The notes: generated by a model from the sequence alone, not told the origin. Positions 1-13,029 are shown, numbered from the whole stretch's first letter. The stretch is DNA of 62,805 nt, filler included, from Sphacelaria rigidula (GCA_964200075.2; 8 parts of 8 records of this genome joined end to end with filler, not necessarily neighbours in it), one strand, 5' to 3'. Program-made: numbers and translations.

Positions 1-40
1 TAGACTACTGACAAGTCAGCGCTGACTTGTCAGTAGTCTA
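1..40. repeat. Perfect 40-bp palindrome at contig start
   Basis: tagactactgacaagtcagc (1-20) is the exact reverse complement of gctgacttgtcagtagtcta (21-40). Confidence 0.95.
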
Positions 41-2299
41 GCTGGTTGTCTCTTAGACCGTCACAAGCTAGACAGCAAGCACGCTTGCAGGCTGCCTCGG
101 CCGGAATCACCACTGAATTCTCAATCGGGGTTCGATTCTTGTTTGGATTACTGAAGAGTGCTCTGTCGTTCGACACAGTTGACAAATGATGCAGCATGTA
201 TCCATTCGTACCTGGGAAACGCTCTGCCCGTCTGTCAGCTTTAGCCTTCCTGGTGGCACATGTTACTACAATTGCCAGCAAAATCGTGATGGCTAGCTTT
301 CCTTTTGGGATATCAGTTGTAATTTCTTCCATGGAAGGCAGTAAACCGCTCAAAGTCGCCGTGCTTCCGAACCAGATTGATGTACTGTAATCTGATTTTT
401 GGCGGTTTTTCATCGGACGGCGGCGGCAAAGGCAAGGGGGGGGGCATCAGGCAACGCGATTCAGCACCAGCACCCGTCTAGCAATAAATGTGCCGTACAG
501 ACATGTGGACACGCGCTCAGTCTCATAGACCCGCTAGCATGCTGTTGACAATATAGCTCAGAGGTGGGGGGTGGAACATTGGCAGCAATAAGGACTGTGC
601 GGTGATTCAAGCTGGTCAGCACGCGCGTGCTGGCATGTGAGATTGCATCCGGTTGTGCTTGTTTATCACAACCTGGGGCGAATAGCCAGCGGCTTCGGAC
701 AACACAGCATCCGAGCATGTGAGAGGCACGCACCTTCGTGTCCCTTGGCGGAGATTCTTGACTCTCGTCCGATAGCTCCGGCAGCATCATTCACGTACTC
801 TCCAACTGTACGGAATGCAGCCCTGACCAACACAAAAGCAGAAAGCATTTCAAGTCTGATCATTGTTATCATGGTCCAACTGACAATATCAACGCGGTCA
901 TTTGCTGTTCACTCTTGCTGCACCGGCAAACACGCTCAAACCAGTTTCGGCGGCGATGGTTATTCTTGTTTATAACAGGGCGTGCTGTGGCAAGGAAGTG
1001 CTGGGACGCGAAATGTTCAGCTCGCACGCTGTCCCGCTTGCCGAGCAAGTCATTTGCTTTTGAATGTTTTACGACGTCGATATACCTTAACACGGTGTAT
1101 GGGCACTCTGACGTGTTCGCGCGGTTGTCGGCTGGGTTATGGGAGTCCTGCCCTCCTAAACTATGACTCGTGTTTGATCCAGAACAACGAAACCAAACCA
1201 ACGCAGTTTGTGCTGCTACAGCTCTCACTGTTCAGTACGATAGGGGTGGCGAAACTACAATATTCCGCTGCTGCCGGCAGTTCTTGACTTCATGCGGCTA
1301 TCCACCACTGCGCGATACAGACGGTACACATGCGGCAGCGGACGCAATCAGTCATCGCCTTTTTACACGCCATGCGATACAGACGGCACTGCACTGCTGT
1401 ACGTTCGTGGGTAGACACCCATACCGCCGAGACTGCGCTGTATCTTCACGTACATGCTCCTGCAAAAGATGGTTGCTGTACGTGTGATGAACAGCAAGAG
1501 CCAAAATGGAGTGGGCTCTACAGACCCCCCGACAAAACATCGAATCTACCCTATACTCGAAATTATTACACAGAGGGCCAGGTGTGACATCAGCACTGGA
1601 GTGAGCAGCGCCGCCGAAAGGCCGGTGGAGTTGAGGGTGCGTGAAAGCTTACACCCTCTGAGAGTGATCCGAGAGGGCGACCAGCTCATGCAATCAACAA
1701 ACGCTTTTCGTGCCCTTATCCCAGCCGTCACAGCTTTCAGGCTGTTTTCTTGTATACGATATCGTTTGGGATGAGGAATGGAGCCGTGTGGTTCGTCTGG
1801 GCGGGCGCGGTTAGCGGAGCGGGCAAGGCGTTGTGCTGCTGAGTTCCGATCAGAAGTGTATGATGCGGTAGACAGCGACTTATCTGTATTCAACGCGGTA
1901 GCCATACTGATGTGCTGTCTGTCTGCTTCAGAGGTATAGCGTAGTGCTCGCTCGAAAACTACTTGTTGCGACGTACCATGTATACTGATGGGTTCGTCAT
2001 GAAAAGACAGCATCCTATATCACAAGTAGCAGACAATCAGAGGCGACAGCTTTCATGGACGGGGGCAGCTCCAACCCAGCTGGGATGCGTCCGTCCACAC
2101 CCACGACAGTCGTGAGCAAGCTCAACCACTTCATAGCTCCGATACAACAAATGCCTCTCGTCACCCGATACCCTCTCCACAGATCAGATACTACTGCATT
2201 ACCTCATCAAAAGCCGTGTATGGCTCGTTGGTGTGATTGTCCGGCGTATTGTGGACTTACCGCATGGCCCCCTCAACCGTGATGATCATGGAGAGACAC

Positions 2300-2900
2300 A
2301 GAATGAAGCTTATCCCTCCAGCTGGTACTCTGGCAGTATGCTTGCTCTTCACCTTGTTATCACCCACCTGTTGTGCCCAGGCTGCAATATATCCCAAAAC
2401 AAGAGAGTAGAGTTGGGAGAAGTGATCGAGTATGCTTTGTGGTGGCAAGGCGGTTCTCCCAACAGCAAACAACGCGATTCCCAGAGCCCAAAATTGAATA
2501 TTGTGAACGCGATCTTTGTCGGTTACGTTTCGGTCGCATTTTCATGGTCGGTTTGACAAGTCTCTACAGCTTACGAAGGACCAGAGATGTGGCCGTAGTA
2601 TACCGGGATATCAAAGTCAGGCTTTCCAGTATCAAATCTTACAGGATGTGAGGTAAATACTGCTTGTCCACCACCGGATAGTTGTGATGTATGGTGCGGA
2701 GCGACGGTAGAGCAAGTACGGCAAAGTACGAAGAGGGTGGGGTTTGATATATAGTGTCACGTATTTTACCACCCCCTGACAGTATGCGTGGGTGGTTGAT
2801 GATTTTTGTGGGAGTCAATGACCTGGGAAAATACTGTAATCCTAGGATCCTTGCTGAAGAGTTGCTGATGAACTCTATGGTGGAACTTAAAAAGAGCCCC
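2300..2900 (-). pseudogene. Highly degenerate Ty3/gypsy-like reverse transcriptase remnant
   Basis: Minus-strand fragments in different frames, in gypsy RT order: GGGKIR, VVDKQYLPHI*DLILESL, then KIAFTIFNFGLWESRCLLLG (cf. KTAFxTPxGLYEFxVMPFG). Many stops and frameshifts; boundaries approximate. Confidence 0.45.
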
Positions 2901-3270
2901 GACTTCATTCTATGAGCCATAGCGTGTAAACTGATGATGGATACATTTTAAAGCCGGAAGATAAGCAAATGCGGGAAATAGCTGTATGTTTCCAAAAGTC
3001 ATCTTCCATTCCGGTCCTCAGAGCCAACATGGTTGTGGCACCCTATATTACGTTCGTAGTTGTACTGCCAGCGCACATACAATTAGAGCTTTCCACCAGC
3101 TATCATTGAGCCTGGCGCACGCGCGTATGAACTCAAGAATGATGCGATATTAGCTTGTCGTGGTTTCGTCTGTAGGTGTCACGTCAGGCCTTGAGGGCTT
3201 CTATCGTGGTTGCAAGATAGATTTTTTTATACTAGTAACGACCACAGCTGTTCCTATATTTGGAGCTGGG

Positions 3271-3814
3271 CTACGAGCTGGGCCAGACAACAGTAGGTAT
3301 GAATCTCGCTCAGCCGACGCACGGCGCGATATCAGGAGTTGGACGCTGAAATTTTGACGGCAACTTTTAATGATCGAAAGCCAGGAGATCACGTGAGCAG
3401 CAAAGGAAAAAAGAAGAAAAAAAGTTACGGGCATTTGAAATTTCAGCAGAAACAAGATCATGTCATGAGTCTAGGTAAAATGTCTACCTGAAATTCCAGC
3501 TCAAGACTCGTCGAATCGGGCCGTGTGTTCAACATTTTCCGTGACGCTGCTGCACCACTATAAATCAAGTGATGCGAGACTCAAATTATGGAGATCATGA
3601 GTTCGAATCCCGACATATTTTTTTTTCCCGTACGTCGTTAAGGTTATACATTATGCAGTACATTTTTTTCTTCATTCAACGGCGGTGTCGTGTGTTACAC
3701 GGTTGGTCTACACTACTTCATAGTGACATGCTTACATCGGGGTCATTCGGGAAACTGCGAAAGCTGTCGTGTGAGCAACTTTTAGCCGCGCTCTCAAGCT
3801 GGCCCAGCTCGTAG
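3271..3814. mobile_element. Non-autonomous TIR element (MITE), TIR CTACGAGCTGGGCCAG
   Basis: ggctacgagctgggccag at 3269-3286 is the exact reverse complement of 3799-3816. The same terminus recurs at 5269-5284 and 54505-54518. Confidence 0.75.
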
Positions 3815-4066
3815 CCTACAAACGGATTTATGCTCACAGCCATATCTCACCGACAGAGACGAATTTGGTGATGAGCCACATATCTGATTCATCATCAAAT
3901 ACATGAAGGGGAAGATGGCCATCTGCGCAAAAGCCTGGGCCATTTTTTTCTCGTTGAATAAACAATAAACATCGTGTCGGATATGGGGTCTAGACTATAA
4001 CGTCTGCAATACACCGAGCGATATGTACAGCGATTGATGGTTTTTGGCGTAAACATTCAAACACTC

Positions 4067-4135
4067 CAAGGGTCGGACAAATAATGATTCGTCTGAAAAT
4101 TACTTGGTTTTAGAATGATGAGTCGACTCGTGACG
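4067..4135 (+). repeat. Dispersed repeat, also at 62734-62802; both copies end at an assembly break
   Basis: caagggtcggacaaataatgattcgtctg...gatgagtcgactcgtgacg is nearly identical at both sites. One copy runs into the 10-N gap, the other into the window end. Confidence 0.85.
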
Positions 4136-4145
4136 NNNNNNNNNN

Positions 4146-5284
4146 ATTTCAGCGTTGCAACCCAGGTACACGCACCCTAGACACGTGGAATGGCGCAAAG
4201 GCTGCGTGGATACCCCTTGGACCAGCGATCGACTTTTTTCTTCCTTTTGGGCAATCAGGCTGAAGAAATCGTGAATTTGGTGGTTTTGAGTCGTGGTGAT
4301 TTGTCTTAATAACCGTGAAACACTCCCTCGAGCACGGAAAAACGATCGATACCCTCACCTCCAGATAGAACAAAACTGAACACTTCTTTTTTGTCGTGAG
4401 TTGAGGTTCTCATGGAAGTTTGGTCCTCTCGACACCATGACGCCCTTGACCCCTGAAACAAAAGTCAATCAACATGTCCCATTTTATTTCACTTTCTTTT
4501 ATCATGCCCGTGCGATTCTCCACACAAGAAGTCCAATCACAAATTATGACACTGTTTTCGTGAGTTTGAAAGTAGAGGATACGGTTGAGATTGAAAAGTG
4601 GCCAATGAGTGAATGAATCGTTTCAGTTCCAAAATGCTCCTCCGCGAGGCCCGGTATGATTTCTGTAGTATTGAGTGGTGCTACGGTGGGGGTGCACAGT
4701 ATTTTCTGAGGTTAGAATTCTTACAGTACGAGCCCTTTATCTCATCCAAAACACGACTTATGAAAATATATGAGCGTATGCCCGGATTATTTTTATGCCA
4801 ATGTGCTGGGGATATCCCGAATGAATTTGCAAACGGGGGTGTCCTAATCCATATCCTTGTGCATCTAGAATCGTTAGGAGCCCCCGAACCAGACAAGATT
4901 TCGCGCAAAATGTGCACCCCTACCGTAGCATTCTCTCTGGAGATTATCGGGGTGTAATCCTAAACAAAGTGCACTGGGACGTGATCTTTGATTTGTCGCA
5001 CTTTGAACCTCTCCCTTTCCTCGGGACCAGTCAGTGGTCTTTAGGGATCATCCCATCTCTGCCTGGTGAGATGTTTTTCATTGCTTCCGGACGCTTTAGT
5101 AGTGAAATCTTCTGGATCTTGTTTTTGTCCTCAACTCGTGAAATGTCTCAACGTGCCGAAGTATTTCTTTATTCAGAATGCCCTGCTCATGCTTCATACC
5201 AAATTTCAAAGTCCAAATCTCAAAATTGAGGCGAGAATGGGCCTGCAGCCTATAGATCCGCTCCTAGGCTGGCCCAGCTCGTAG
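4146..5284. mobile_element. Partial TIR element of the CTACGAGCTGGGCC family (right end visible)
   Basis: Terminus ctggcccagctcgtag at 5269-5284. The subterminal sequence resembles 54505-54890 in reverse. Left end not seen (N gap), so the left boundary is a guess. Confidence 0.45.
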
Positions 5285-6427
5285 GTCCTGTACTGTGTAG
5301 GGAGCGTCGTTGGACATGGAAGATGAAAAGGCAAAATGGACACTAGAGACAAAATGGTAAGTATGACTGTTGCGCGGCGTATGCGTTTGGTGGCGAACCC
5401 ACGCTCCCCTCAACCTATTCGTGCTTGGTTCACATTCGTTTTTGATACCATCACTCATGGTCGGTTGCTCTTGAACGTAAGTCAGCTTTTACCACGTTGT
5501 CTGTGTGCCAAATTTACCCTCCTGGAACAAACCATATTACTATTATTGCCTGTTTTTCATCCTTCAGACAAAGCACAGCAGGCACGGTACGCCCAAATGC
5601 ACTGTGCATGGGCTTTTCTTTTCTTCCAGGAGATACAGTAATCAAGTTGAGTACACCGTGATCTGGTCCCACATTGTTCTTAGCGTGGTGCCAGGAAAGG
5701 TATACCTTATTATCATGCTTGGCCACGCTTCACGGCACAGTAGTGTTTGCAACGACTTTATACACCACTTGCAAACTACAATACAACAGTGGCGTCCTCT
5801 TTCATTACCCAGGGAGGGTAGTATATAGACGACCAACACATGTTAGACACGTCGACAGAAGCAAGAAAATGTGGCCAAAAAGGTGACGGTAAAAAAAAAG
5901 GTACGGTATGAACAAGGGACTCCTTGCTTTACGAAGTTAACTGGGGGTACAGGATAGCTCGACGGAATACCTGAAAATTTGCAGCTGCGCTTAGCACCAT
6001 CGTATCCCGCTTGTTTTCTTGAATATTGTTCACACCTACAGTATATGTATGACGAGGACGTGAGGCTGCTGCGTATCCTCGACGAAGGCGACGGGGGGAA
6101 TCGGGTCACCTCCACGTATATTATTTTCGCTGCGAAGAACACTTGCTGAAACTACTGTTGCCATCATTTACCCTGAAGCGGGAAAAAGATAAGACAAGGA
6201 GGTTCATGATACCTTGTTCCGGTCACTGCCCTGCTCCTGCGGAACGGGATTGACGGTACATTGTCATCGCACACCATGTACCTTTCCGATTGCAGTGACA
6301 TTTTGCCGCCCAACTCGGCAAGAAACGTGGATGGAATATCGATCCCAATAACACGACAAGAGCTGAACGTCGATTATGATAATCGTACCTTCTCAAGAAA
6401 ACAAGCTCACTTGCTGGACGGAGGGGA

Positions 6428-7297
6428 TGCTCATACACAATAGTGTGAACAGCATCATTCATTGGGAGTCGAGTGACACCGGGAACGTTAACGTTTTTTT
6501 TCCAATCGCGACCTGAACGCAGTCTTTTTCACACACGCGTGCCCGAACACTGACAAACACTGCTGCATGAAGTTGGGGCTCTACAGCGAGCCCACCATCA
6601 CCAATGCTCTTGTACCAATGTTGTCATATTTGGCAAGGTACGTATATTTTGGTGCATGCGTAGCTCTGCTTCATTCAACTGTCTTCTACCGCCTCGCCGA
6701 CTGTAATTACAAACGTACTCGTTATACGACGACTTATACAACAGCATGCACTTGCCCGACTACACATTCAAAACCGCCGCCTTGCCGAACCGATTGTAGC
6801 TACTGTTATAGTACCACGGTACACACTACGCATTATATGCCAATCTTCTCAACGATTTTCCGCGCCATCAGTCGACTTGCACGTTGATGTGCCGACAATC
6901 GACTACGCTCCGGTGATATATCACGTGTGCCTCGCATGTGAAACGTGAACAAACGAGAAACGAAAAATAAGCCGGCCACTATCATTACGCCTTGCTGATT
7001 TTTCAGACTTGAGCCGCAAACAACTGGTCACCAGCGGCAACATCACTACAAAGCCGTGTGCAAACACACACGCACACACTTCATGGTTGTACCTGTACGA
7101 CCACACAAACAAATTCTGGACAAAAAAAAACAACTAAACTTCACACACGCCTACACACGCCCTTCTCCGAACAAAGCCATGCACTGGACTGCTTCAAGAT
7201 GGGTCAGGTTTCCATGCTGGCTCGCACACAGACAACATTGTACTCCACTTCACTGTCCTACTTGACCGGGGCATCCGGCCCTGTCCCCGTCATGACA
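6428..7297 (+). mobile_element. Possible solo or 3' LTR
   Basis: A purine tract (ggacggagggga) immediately precedes TG(c)TCAT at 6428, and the segment ends ATGACA at 7297. No second copy is available to confirm. Confidence 0.3.
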
Positions 7298-7764
7298 GCG
7301 GAACTTCTCCACCTTTGCCCTCGCCCCAGACTACGTCAGCCGCGGCGGGGGTCCTGTTCACCGCGGTAGCACAGCTTCAGGGTCAATGGATGCCCCCTCT
7401 AGGGTGCGCCATCAGTCGTGACATCCAAAGAAACAAGACAAAGGCAACGCCAACAGAATGGGAGCTTCTTCCTTACCCCGACACATATCTACAAGTTGTG
7501 GGGTCGTGGGCGGGCGAATACCAAGCAAGGCACCCGAGCACTGCCGTCAAAAGAGCCTTTTGGCACCACCGTACTACCACCTATCGTCTGCCGGTTCCAT
7601 TTGTCTGCGGTCTCCCAATACAGCCAGTCCTTCACCCAGTTACCGTAATTGTGCGAGTCATCGCACATCCCCTGGACCGAATTTGAAAGCTCGATTACTC
7701 CATGACGAAGAGGGTGCCAATACCAAACGACGCGTTTTCGGGCAGCTATCGACGAGATCTTTCC

Positions 7765-7864
7765 NNNNNNNNNNNNNNNNNNNNNNNNNNNNNNNNNNNN
7801 NNNNNNNNTTAATTAATTAANNNNNNNNNNNNNNNNNNNNNNNNNNNNNNNNNNNNNNNNNNNN
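7765..7864. other. Artificial contig spacer
   Basis: 44N-TTAATTAATTAA-44N. Confidence 0.99.
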
Positions 7865-7908
7865 GTGTCGGGGTGCGGGGGGGGGGGGGGGGGGGGGGGT
7901 GGGGGGTG

Positions 7909-7942
<34 letters not shown>

Positions 7943-7949
7943 GGTGAGG

Positions 7950-10900
7950 ATAGAGGATAGTGGGTCACCGTGTATGAGATGCCCCTGTGATGGAGGGTAT
8001 GCATAACTATGTCTGGGCCGACGTTAGAGTTGACTCGACCGTTGCAAATGGTTCAATACTTTCTCATCGAGGGGTGTGGGAGTTTGACCTTACTGTTCCA
8101 GAGCGAGGGATATGAATTTAGATTGAAATACCTCACGTACCCGTGCTAGACTTCAATTTTTCTCTCAAGGTTGCGGCCGGCAATGACCATCCACCACTGG
8201 TTCATCTGTCGGGAGGATGAGCAACCATGATTGACTGGAAGGAATTGGTTTTCCGTCGGGATCGGAGCATGAATACAATCCTAGCTGCTTGCTTCTCGTC
8301 GCCTCCCAGCTCGTTGGAGTTTGACTCACCCGAAAACGAGTTCGCAAATGCTGTGCTCGCCCCTGGCTCCATGCCCTACAACAGCCCCGTCAACATGAGC
8401 CTGCTTCACCAATCGAAAGGCCACTTGAGCGAAGAGCTACTTCGAGAAACGGCCAACGCTACGAGTGTTGGTATGGAGCTTGACGGCAAGCTGGAGCAAT
8501 ACAATAGGTATTCGCTGGCTGAGGACTTACTGCGGCCGATCCCGCGAAAGACAGCTACTCGTGCAGCTGAGAGACTTCAACGCGTGTATGTTGATCTGCG
8601 TGGATCTAGGGGTGTACAGAGCCCAGGATTGATTCGGTGTGATTTCTCGCGAAATATTTTGGTTGTACTTTGCACGCCTGAAACCAGGCACATCAGAAAA
8701 TCTCGAGCAGTTCCTCATATATGTACGAGCAGATGGTATTCCTCGATTCAAGAGTGTGTGCGGAGCGACTTCGGTGAGGAGTTCGTGGGGGTGTTCAGTG
8801 ACCTATGCAGGGAACATTGCATCAAGCACGAGTTCACTCCTGCAAATAGTCCCAAATACATGAGGGTAGCAGAGCGCGGGTTTGCGATTACAGAGGCAGC
8901 GGAAATGACGGCCAGAATAGATGCTAGCCATTTGTGCGACGTTGACATTCAGGAGCGACTGTGGGCTTCAACTATGAATGTTGCGGTCGACACCCTGAAA
9001 CGACCTGTAACAGCTGCAAACCATGGCATGAAGCCCCCAAATGAGTGGTTATACAGTGGGGGTGCACAACGTTTTTCCGAGGCTCTGTACTTTAGGAGCC
9101 TCTCGGCGACAGGCGTCTGGGCCTTATAATAGTGTGTATCCTCAGAAAGCGTTTGGACTAAAAGGTACACCCCTTCCGTAGAATCACTCAAATGGGATGA
9201 TCTACAGGCGAGTCCAGGAAACTCAAGCTGTTTTTTTTCAAAGCCATATAAGAGTCTACGTCGACATCTATGGCCAAGGCACGAGAGTGATGTTACCCCT
9301 TGGCTTCGCCCAAAGTTATCTCCGTGATTCGATGCGAGTACTGACTAAGGGTTGTTACATGATCACAACACTCAGTGTAACATGGCGCCGACTTTCTGTA
9401 TCCATGCAGTAAGAAGTTTCTCCTCCCGCTGGAAGGGATGGGTGCTTCGCTGGGTACAAGTGGAGAGGTCAACTCTGACGATCTGGGTTTCAGTGCTCGT
9501 GACCCATGCACGTGTGAGGTGGGCGGATACCAGCGAAGAGGATCCCGCCAAAGAACAACCTTCGATACAGCACTTGCCGAATTTACAAGCCGAGAGAACA
9601 GTCAGCCTACATCCCCGATTGAAGCATCTCCGGCTGATGCAGTTTCGAGCGGGGAGGATGAGGAACAGCCGGCATAGCTCGATGACGGCGTAGGTAGTGG
9701 CGCGGCGAACATCAACTCCAGCGAGGTGGGTGATGGATCACCCGTGGGCGAACCGCGTGCGCTTGGGCGTACGCCGCAGCAAACTTGCATTCTAGAGCAG
9801 TGGCAGCAGCAACAACAGGAGGGCGCACTGGCACAGTTGACGGACCTGGCTGAGAACATCAACTTCGCGACTTCATCAGTGAATTTCATGGCCCATACAG
9901 GGGAATATGGCGTGGAAAGGGTGCACGCAACAGACGTAGAGCCGGCACGCAAAACGCGCCGTGAAGTACTCGAATCCGTAAACGGAAGACTCTGGGAAGG
10001 GACCAGACAGCGTCATTTCACTGGGTTACTGGGAAAAGAGACTCTGGAGGGGGTAGATCAGCTCCTGGAGAAGCTCAAGGCTCTTGATACGAAGTGGCTG
10101 AATAGTTGAAAGATACGTCAGGATGACTTTTTGCCCAAGCCCAAGACTAGGTTTGTGTGTTTGGGAAACCTGCAGCAGCCTGGTATTGATTCCTACCATA
10201 CCTTCGCCCCGTCCCGGTAAAGTTAAAATGGAAGTGGGGAGAAGAGGAGCTACCGATCGTAGACCAATATGCATACCTTGGTGTAGAGATTTCAAGAAAC
10301 TGTTCGTGAGATGCACACATAAACAAATTAATAGAAAAGGGTAAGGTACAGATAGGAAGGATGAACGTAGTCCTCAGAAACCCGCATCTAGACACCAGGG
10401 TGAACAGATGTATCCTGATGAACGCGATCGTACCAAAGCTGGAATATGCAGAAGAAGTATGTAAGGAGAACGTGAAATTGGTGAAGAAGTTGGAAACAGT
10501 ACAGATGGCAGCTAAGAAGATACGTGGATGTTCGAAAACAAGGAGTGATACGGTATTGAGAGCAGAGTTGGGAATGTACTCACTTAAAACAGAGACATGA
10601 GGAAATTGAGATGGCAATAGAGCGTACAGAACATGCAGAGAAAGAGACTGCCAGCTACAGATGATAAGGCTGTATGGAAGAAAAGTACGAAAGGGCATGC
10701 TGTAAGGTGGGATAGAGAAGTCGAGAAAGTATGGAAGGAGATAGGAGGAAACCAAGACGAAAAACTGTCCATCGGTGAAGGCGCGGGGTACAAGACAAAA
10801 GTAAGGAACATTATGTAAATAAGGGGAAAATGAGCGCTAAGATGCAAGGTAAACGAGAAAGAACACCTGAAGATATACGGGGGGCTGAGAGAGGGGATCG

Positions 10901-11760
10901 GGATGAAAACATATCTGCATGGCCCCATGGACGCGGCGAAACAAATTGAAACTGCGATTTCGGGTGGGGGACCTGGACCTGCCAGAAAGAAGAAAGAGAT
11001 ATACCAGTCGTCGAAAGGAGGAGGAAGCGGATGCACAGAACTGCCCCTGTACCAAGGGAATAGAGAGCAGAAGCCATATGGTGGCAGAATGTGAACTGGA
11101 CAATGAGGAGCGGGACCTGCTAGAGGGGGGTGTGCGGGACGTGAACGAAGGTGGCATGGAAACGTTTGACGCATTAGACAGAAGGAAGAAAACAATGGCT
11201 ATACTATGAGATAGATGGTGGCCATAGACGGCGAAACAGGACGGGGATATAAGATATGTAAAAGGTTATACGTAACGTATGGAAAAAACGCAATGAGCCC
11301 CGGAATGTTGGTGTCTCTAGGAGGAGTAGGAACGGTGCTCCGTCTCTAAAGGGATGCGTGGTCAATGGTCAAACGACTAAGGCAAGCAACAAATGAGTAC
11401 GCCCCGTCCCCCCCCTATCTCCATCTTGCCTCACGCCAAGAGTACTCCCTATGCATGCGTGCCAAAACTACCTTGGGGCGTATCCACTTGGACGTAAAAC
11501 ATGCGTTCAGTTCAGGCACCTCCAGAGGAGATCTACCTGTGCTCAGCGGAAAGCTGGGATGGTTTTTCCGAAGGATACTGATCCAGGCTACAAGCTTCGA
11601 AATACAGAGTACCAACCAAAGCTTATTGTGAACGCCAGCGGAGTACACTGTGGTCCAGCTGATACGTGGAAAGCACCTCAATGCCCTGTTTCCGTTGAAG
11701 ATACACTTTGCTAATTCATCAGCCGATTTCACGCAATCTGGGAGTTTTCAGACCTTCTTG
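7950..11760 (+). mobile_element. pol: Degenerate Ty1/copia pol (protease, GAG-pre-integrase, rve integrase, RT), interrupted by a LINE
   Basis: VANGS..IEGCGSL..HVPVLDFN (protease region); LLHQSKGHLSE (GAG-pre-integrase); RVYVDL, SDFGEEF, CREHCIKHEFTPANSP..VAER (rve; ORF 8227-9129); KALDTKW..KPKTRFV..QQPGIDSYHTFAPS (RT start). After the LINE, HLDVKHAF and PEEIYL resume. Integrase before RT is the copia order. Confidence 0.9.
10216..11399 (+). mobile_element. 5'-truncated LINE (RT C-terminus + CCHC finger) inserted in the copia RT
   Basis: WKWGEEELPIVDQYAYLGVEIS, PKLEYAEEV, LETVQM, LRAELG, KLRFRVG, CPC..ESRSHMVAEC. Flanked by the direct repeat cgccccgtccc at 10205-10215 and 11400-11410. Confidence 0.9.
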
Positions 11761-12019
11761 TTTGAAGCGAACGTTCACGAAACATGAGGCATGGCATTCC
11801 CAAAACATGATCAGGAGACGCGTTGACACGGAGACCAGTGAACCATGACCCTGGATTTCGGGGCGGCACTCGTACTAATTTTCTGTGTTCGACCGCATGG
11901 TGCTCCACCGAAACACGTGTATTTGTTTCTCAGTCGTTAGAGCTGTATGTGCTAAGTAGTACGCACCCGGCATATCAAGTTTCAGAATATTCGCTGTCGA
12001 TCCCGATACGTGAGAGACC

Positions 12020-12295
12020 ATTTTCTCTGCAAAAAATGGACATTTTCTACATTCTCCTGATAAAAAATACAGGGTCTTCCATAGGCTAGCAATGCAGCGT
12101 TGTCGGTGCTGCGATCGAGAGAAACGGACACCAAGTTCCAGAACAATCATTGTCGATTCCAATGCGTAGTGGACAATTTTCTTTTGCAGAAACATGGGGC
12201 ATTTTTCTCTATTCCTCTAACCTAAAATACAGAGTATTCCATAGACTAGCGGCACAATGCAGCACTGTCGGTGCAGCGACCGAGAGAAACGGATT
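12020..12295 (+). repeat. Diverged tandem duplication, period ~160 bp
   Basis: aaaatacag..ttccatag.ctagc..aatgcagc..tgtcggtgc.gcga.cgagagaaacgg occurs at about 12063-12128 and 12223-12292. Confidence 0.8.
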
Positions 12296-12779
12296 CCCCC
12301 TAAAACGCTGAAGCCACGAGTCAGTACACGACTCAGAATATTGAAAAGCATGGTAACGAACCTCTCTGCCACGGCTCCAGCCTCGAAAAACGTGGTCGTC
12401 GTGTGCCTTTCGTGGTGTGGTTCTCATCAAGTCACGCGCTCCCGGGTTCTTTTCTTCAACCCAAGGGTCAGCGTTTTTTCCCGTGATATTTATCCCAACT
12501 TCTCGACTCTTGAAGCACCTTCCACAACGCCGAAGTGCTCGACCAATCGACGTGGACCACGCGCACCTCGTGGCCCGCGGCGTTTTGCGAATATATTGGG
12601 GGGACTCAGTGTAGGCCCTGGGCTTCTGGGATAAGGACGAGGCGAAAATACGCCGCATGGCACCTGACCGGCACATATCCCATGTTTCCGCGTCACTGAC
12701 AGGGACCCTTGTCGCGAACGACAACTCGATGAAGCGTCTGACTCTTGTGTGCGACAAAAACTTAACCAAACGAAAAATG

Positions 12780-13029
12780 ACTAATGCCGAAATAACCCCC
12801 CCCGAAAAACAATTGCACCGGAGACCGTCCGACAAACCGGCTGCGATCCCACTATTGGGCTCGTTTGCATCAATTCCGCCCACATGAAAGGCGTGTAGCA
12901 GTCCCAAATCAGCTTTAGCGCCCAAATGAGTCGCGTCGTGCAGCACGAAACCAGTTCTAACGGCATTAATGACCATCGCCTCCGTGCACATTTTTGGCCG
13001 GTTCGGGGGGGGGCTATCTCGGCAGCAGT
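12780..13029. mobile_element. 250-bp MITE, copy 1
   Basis: TIRs actaatgccgaaataacccccc / gggggggctatctcggcagcagt. Flanks aaaatg / gaaatg. Second copy at 46408-46655. Confidence 0.85.

Noticed and set aside
7809-7820. TTAATTAATTAA recurring every 7863 bp as a biological repeat
   Set aside because: It is a synthetic linker embedded in N runs.
7865-7945. Poly-G/C tracts and poly-Pro ORFs (also 15541-15627, 46996-47079, 55043-55150, 58259-58440) as G-quadruplex or coding features
   Set aside because: They lie at contig or gap edges with visibly noisy sequence, so length and sequence are unreliable. The C-tail argument rests on the internal copies with TSDs.
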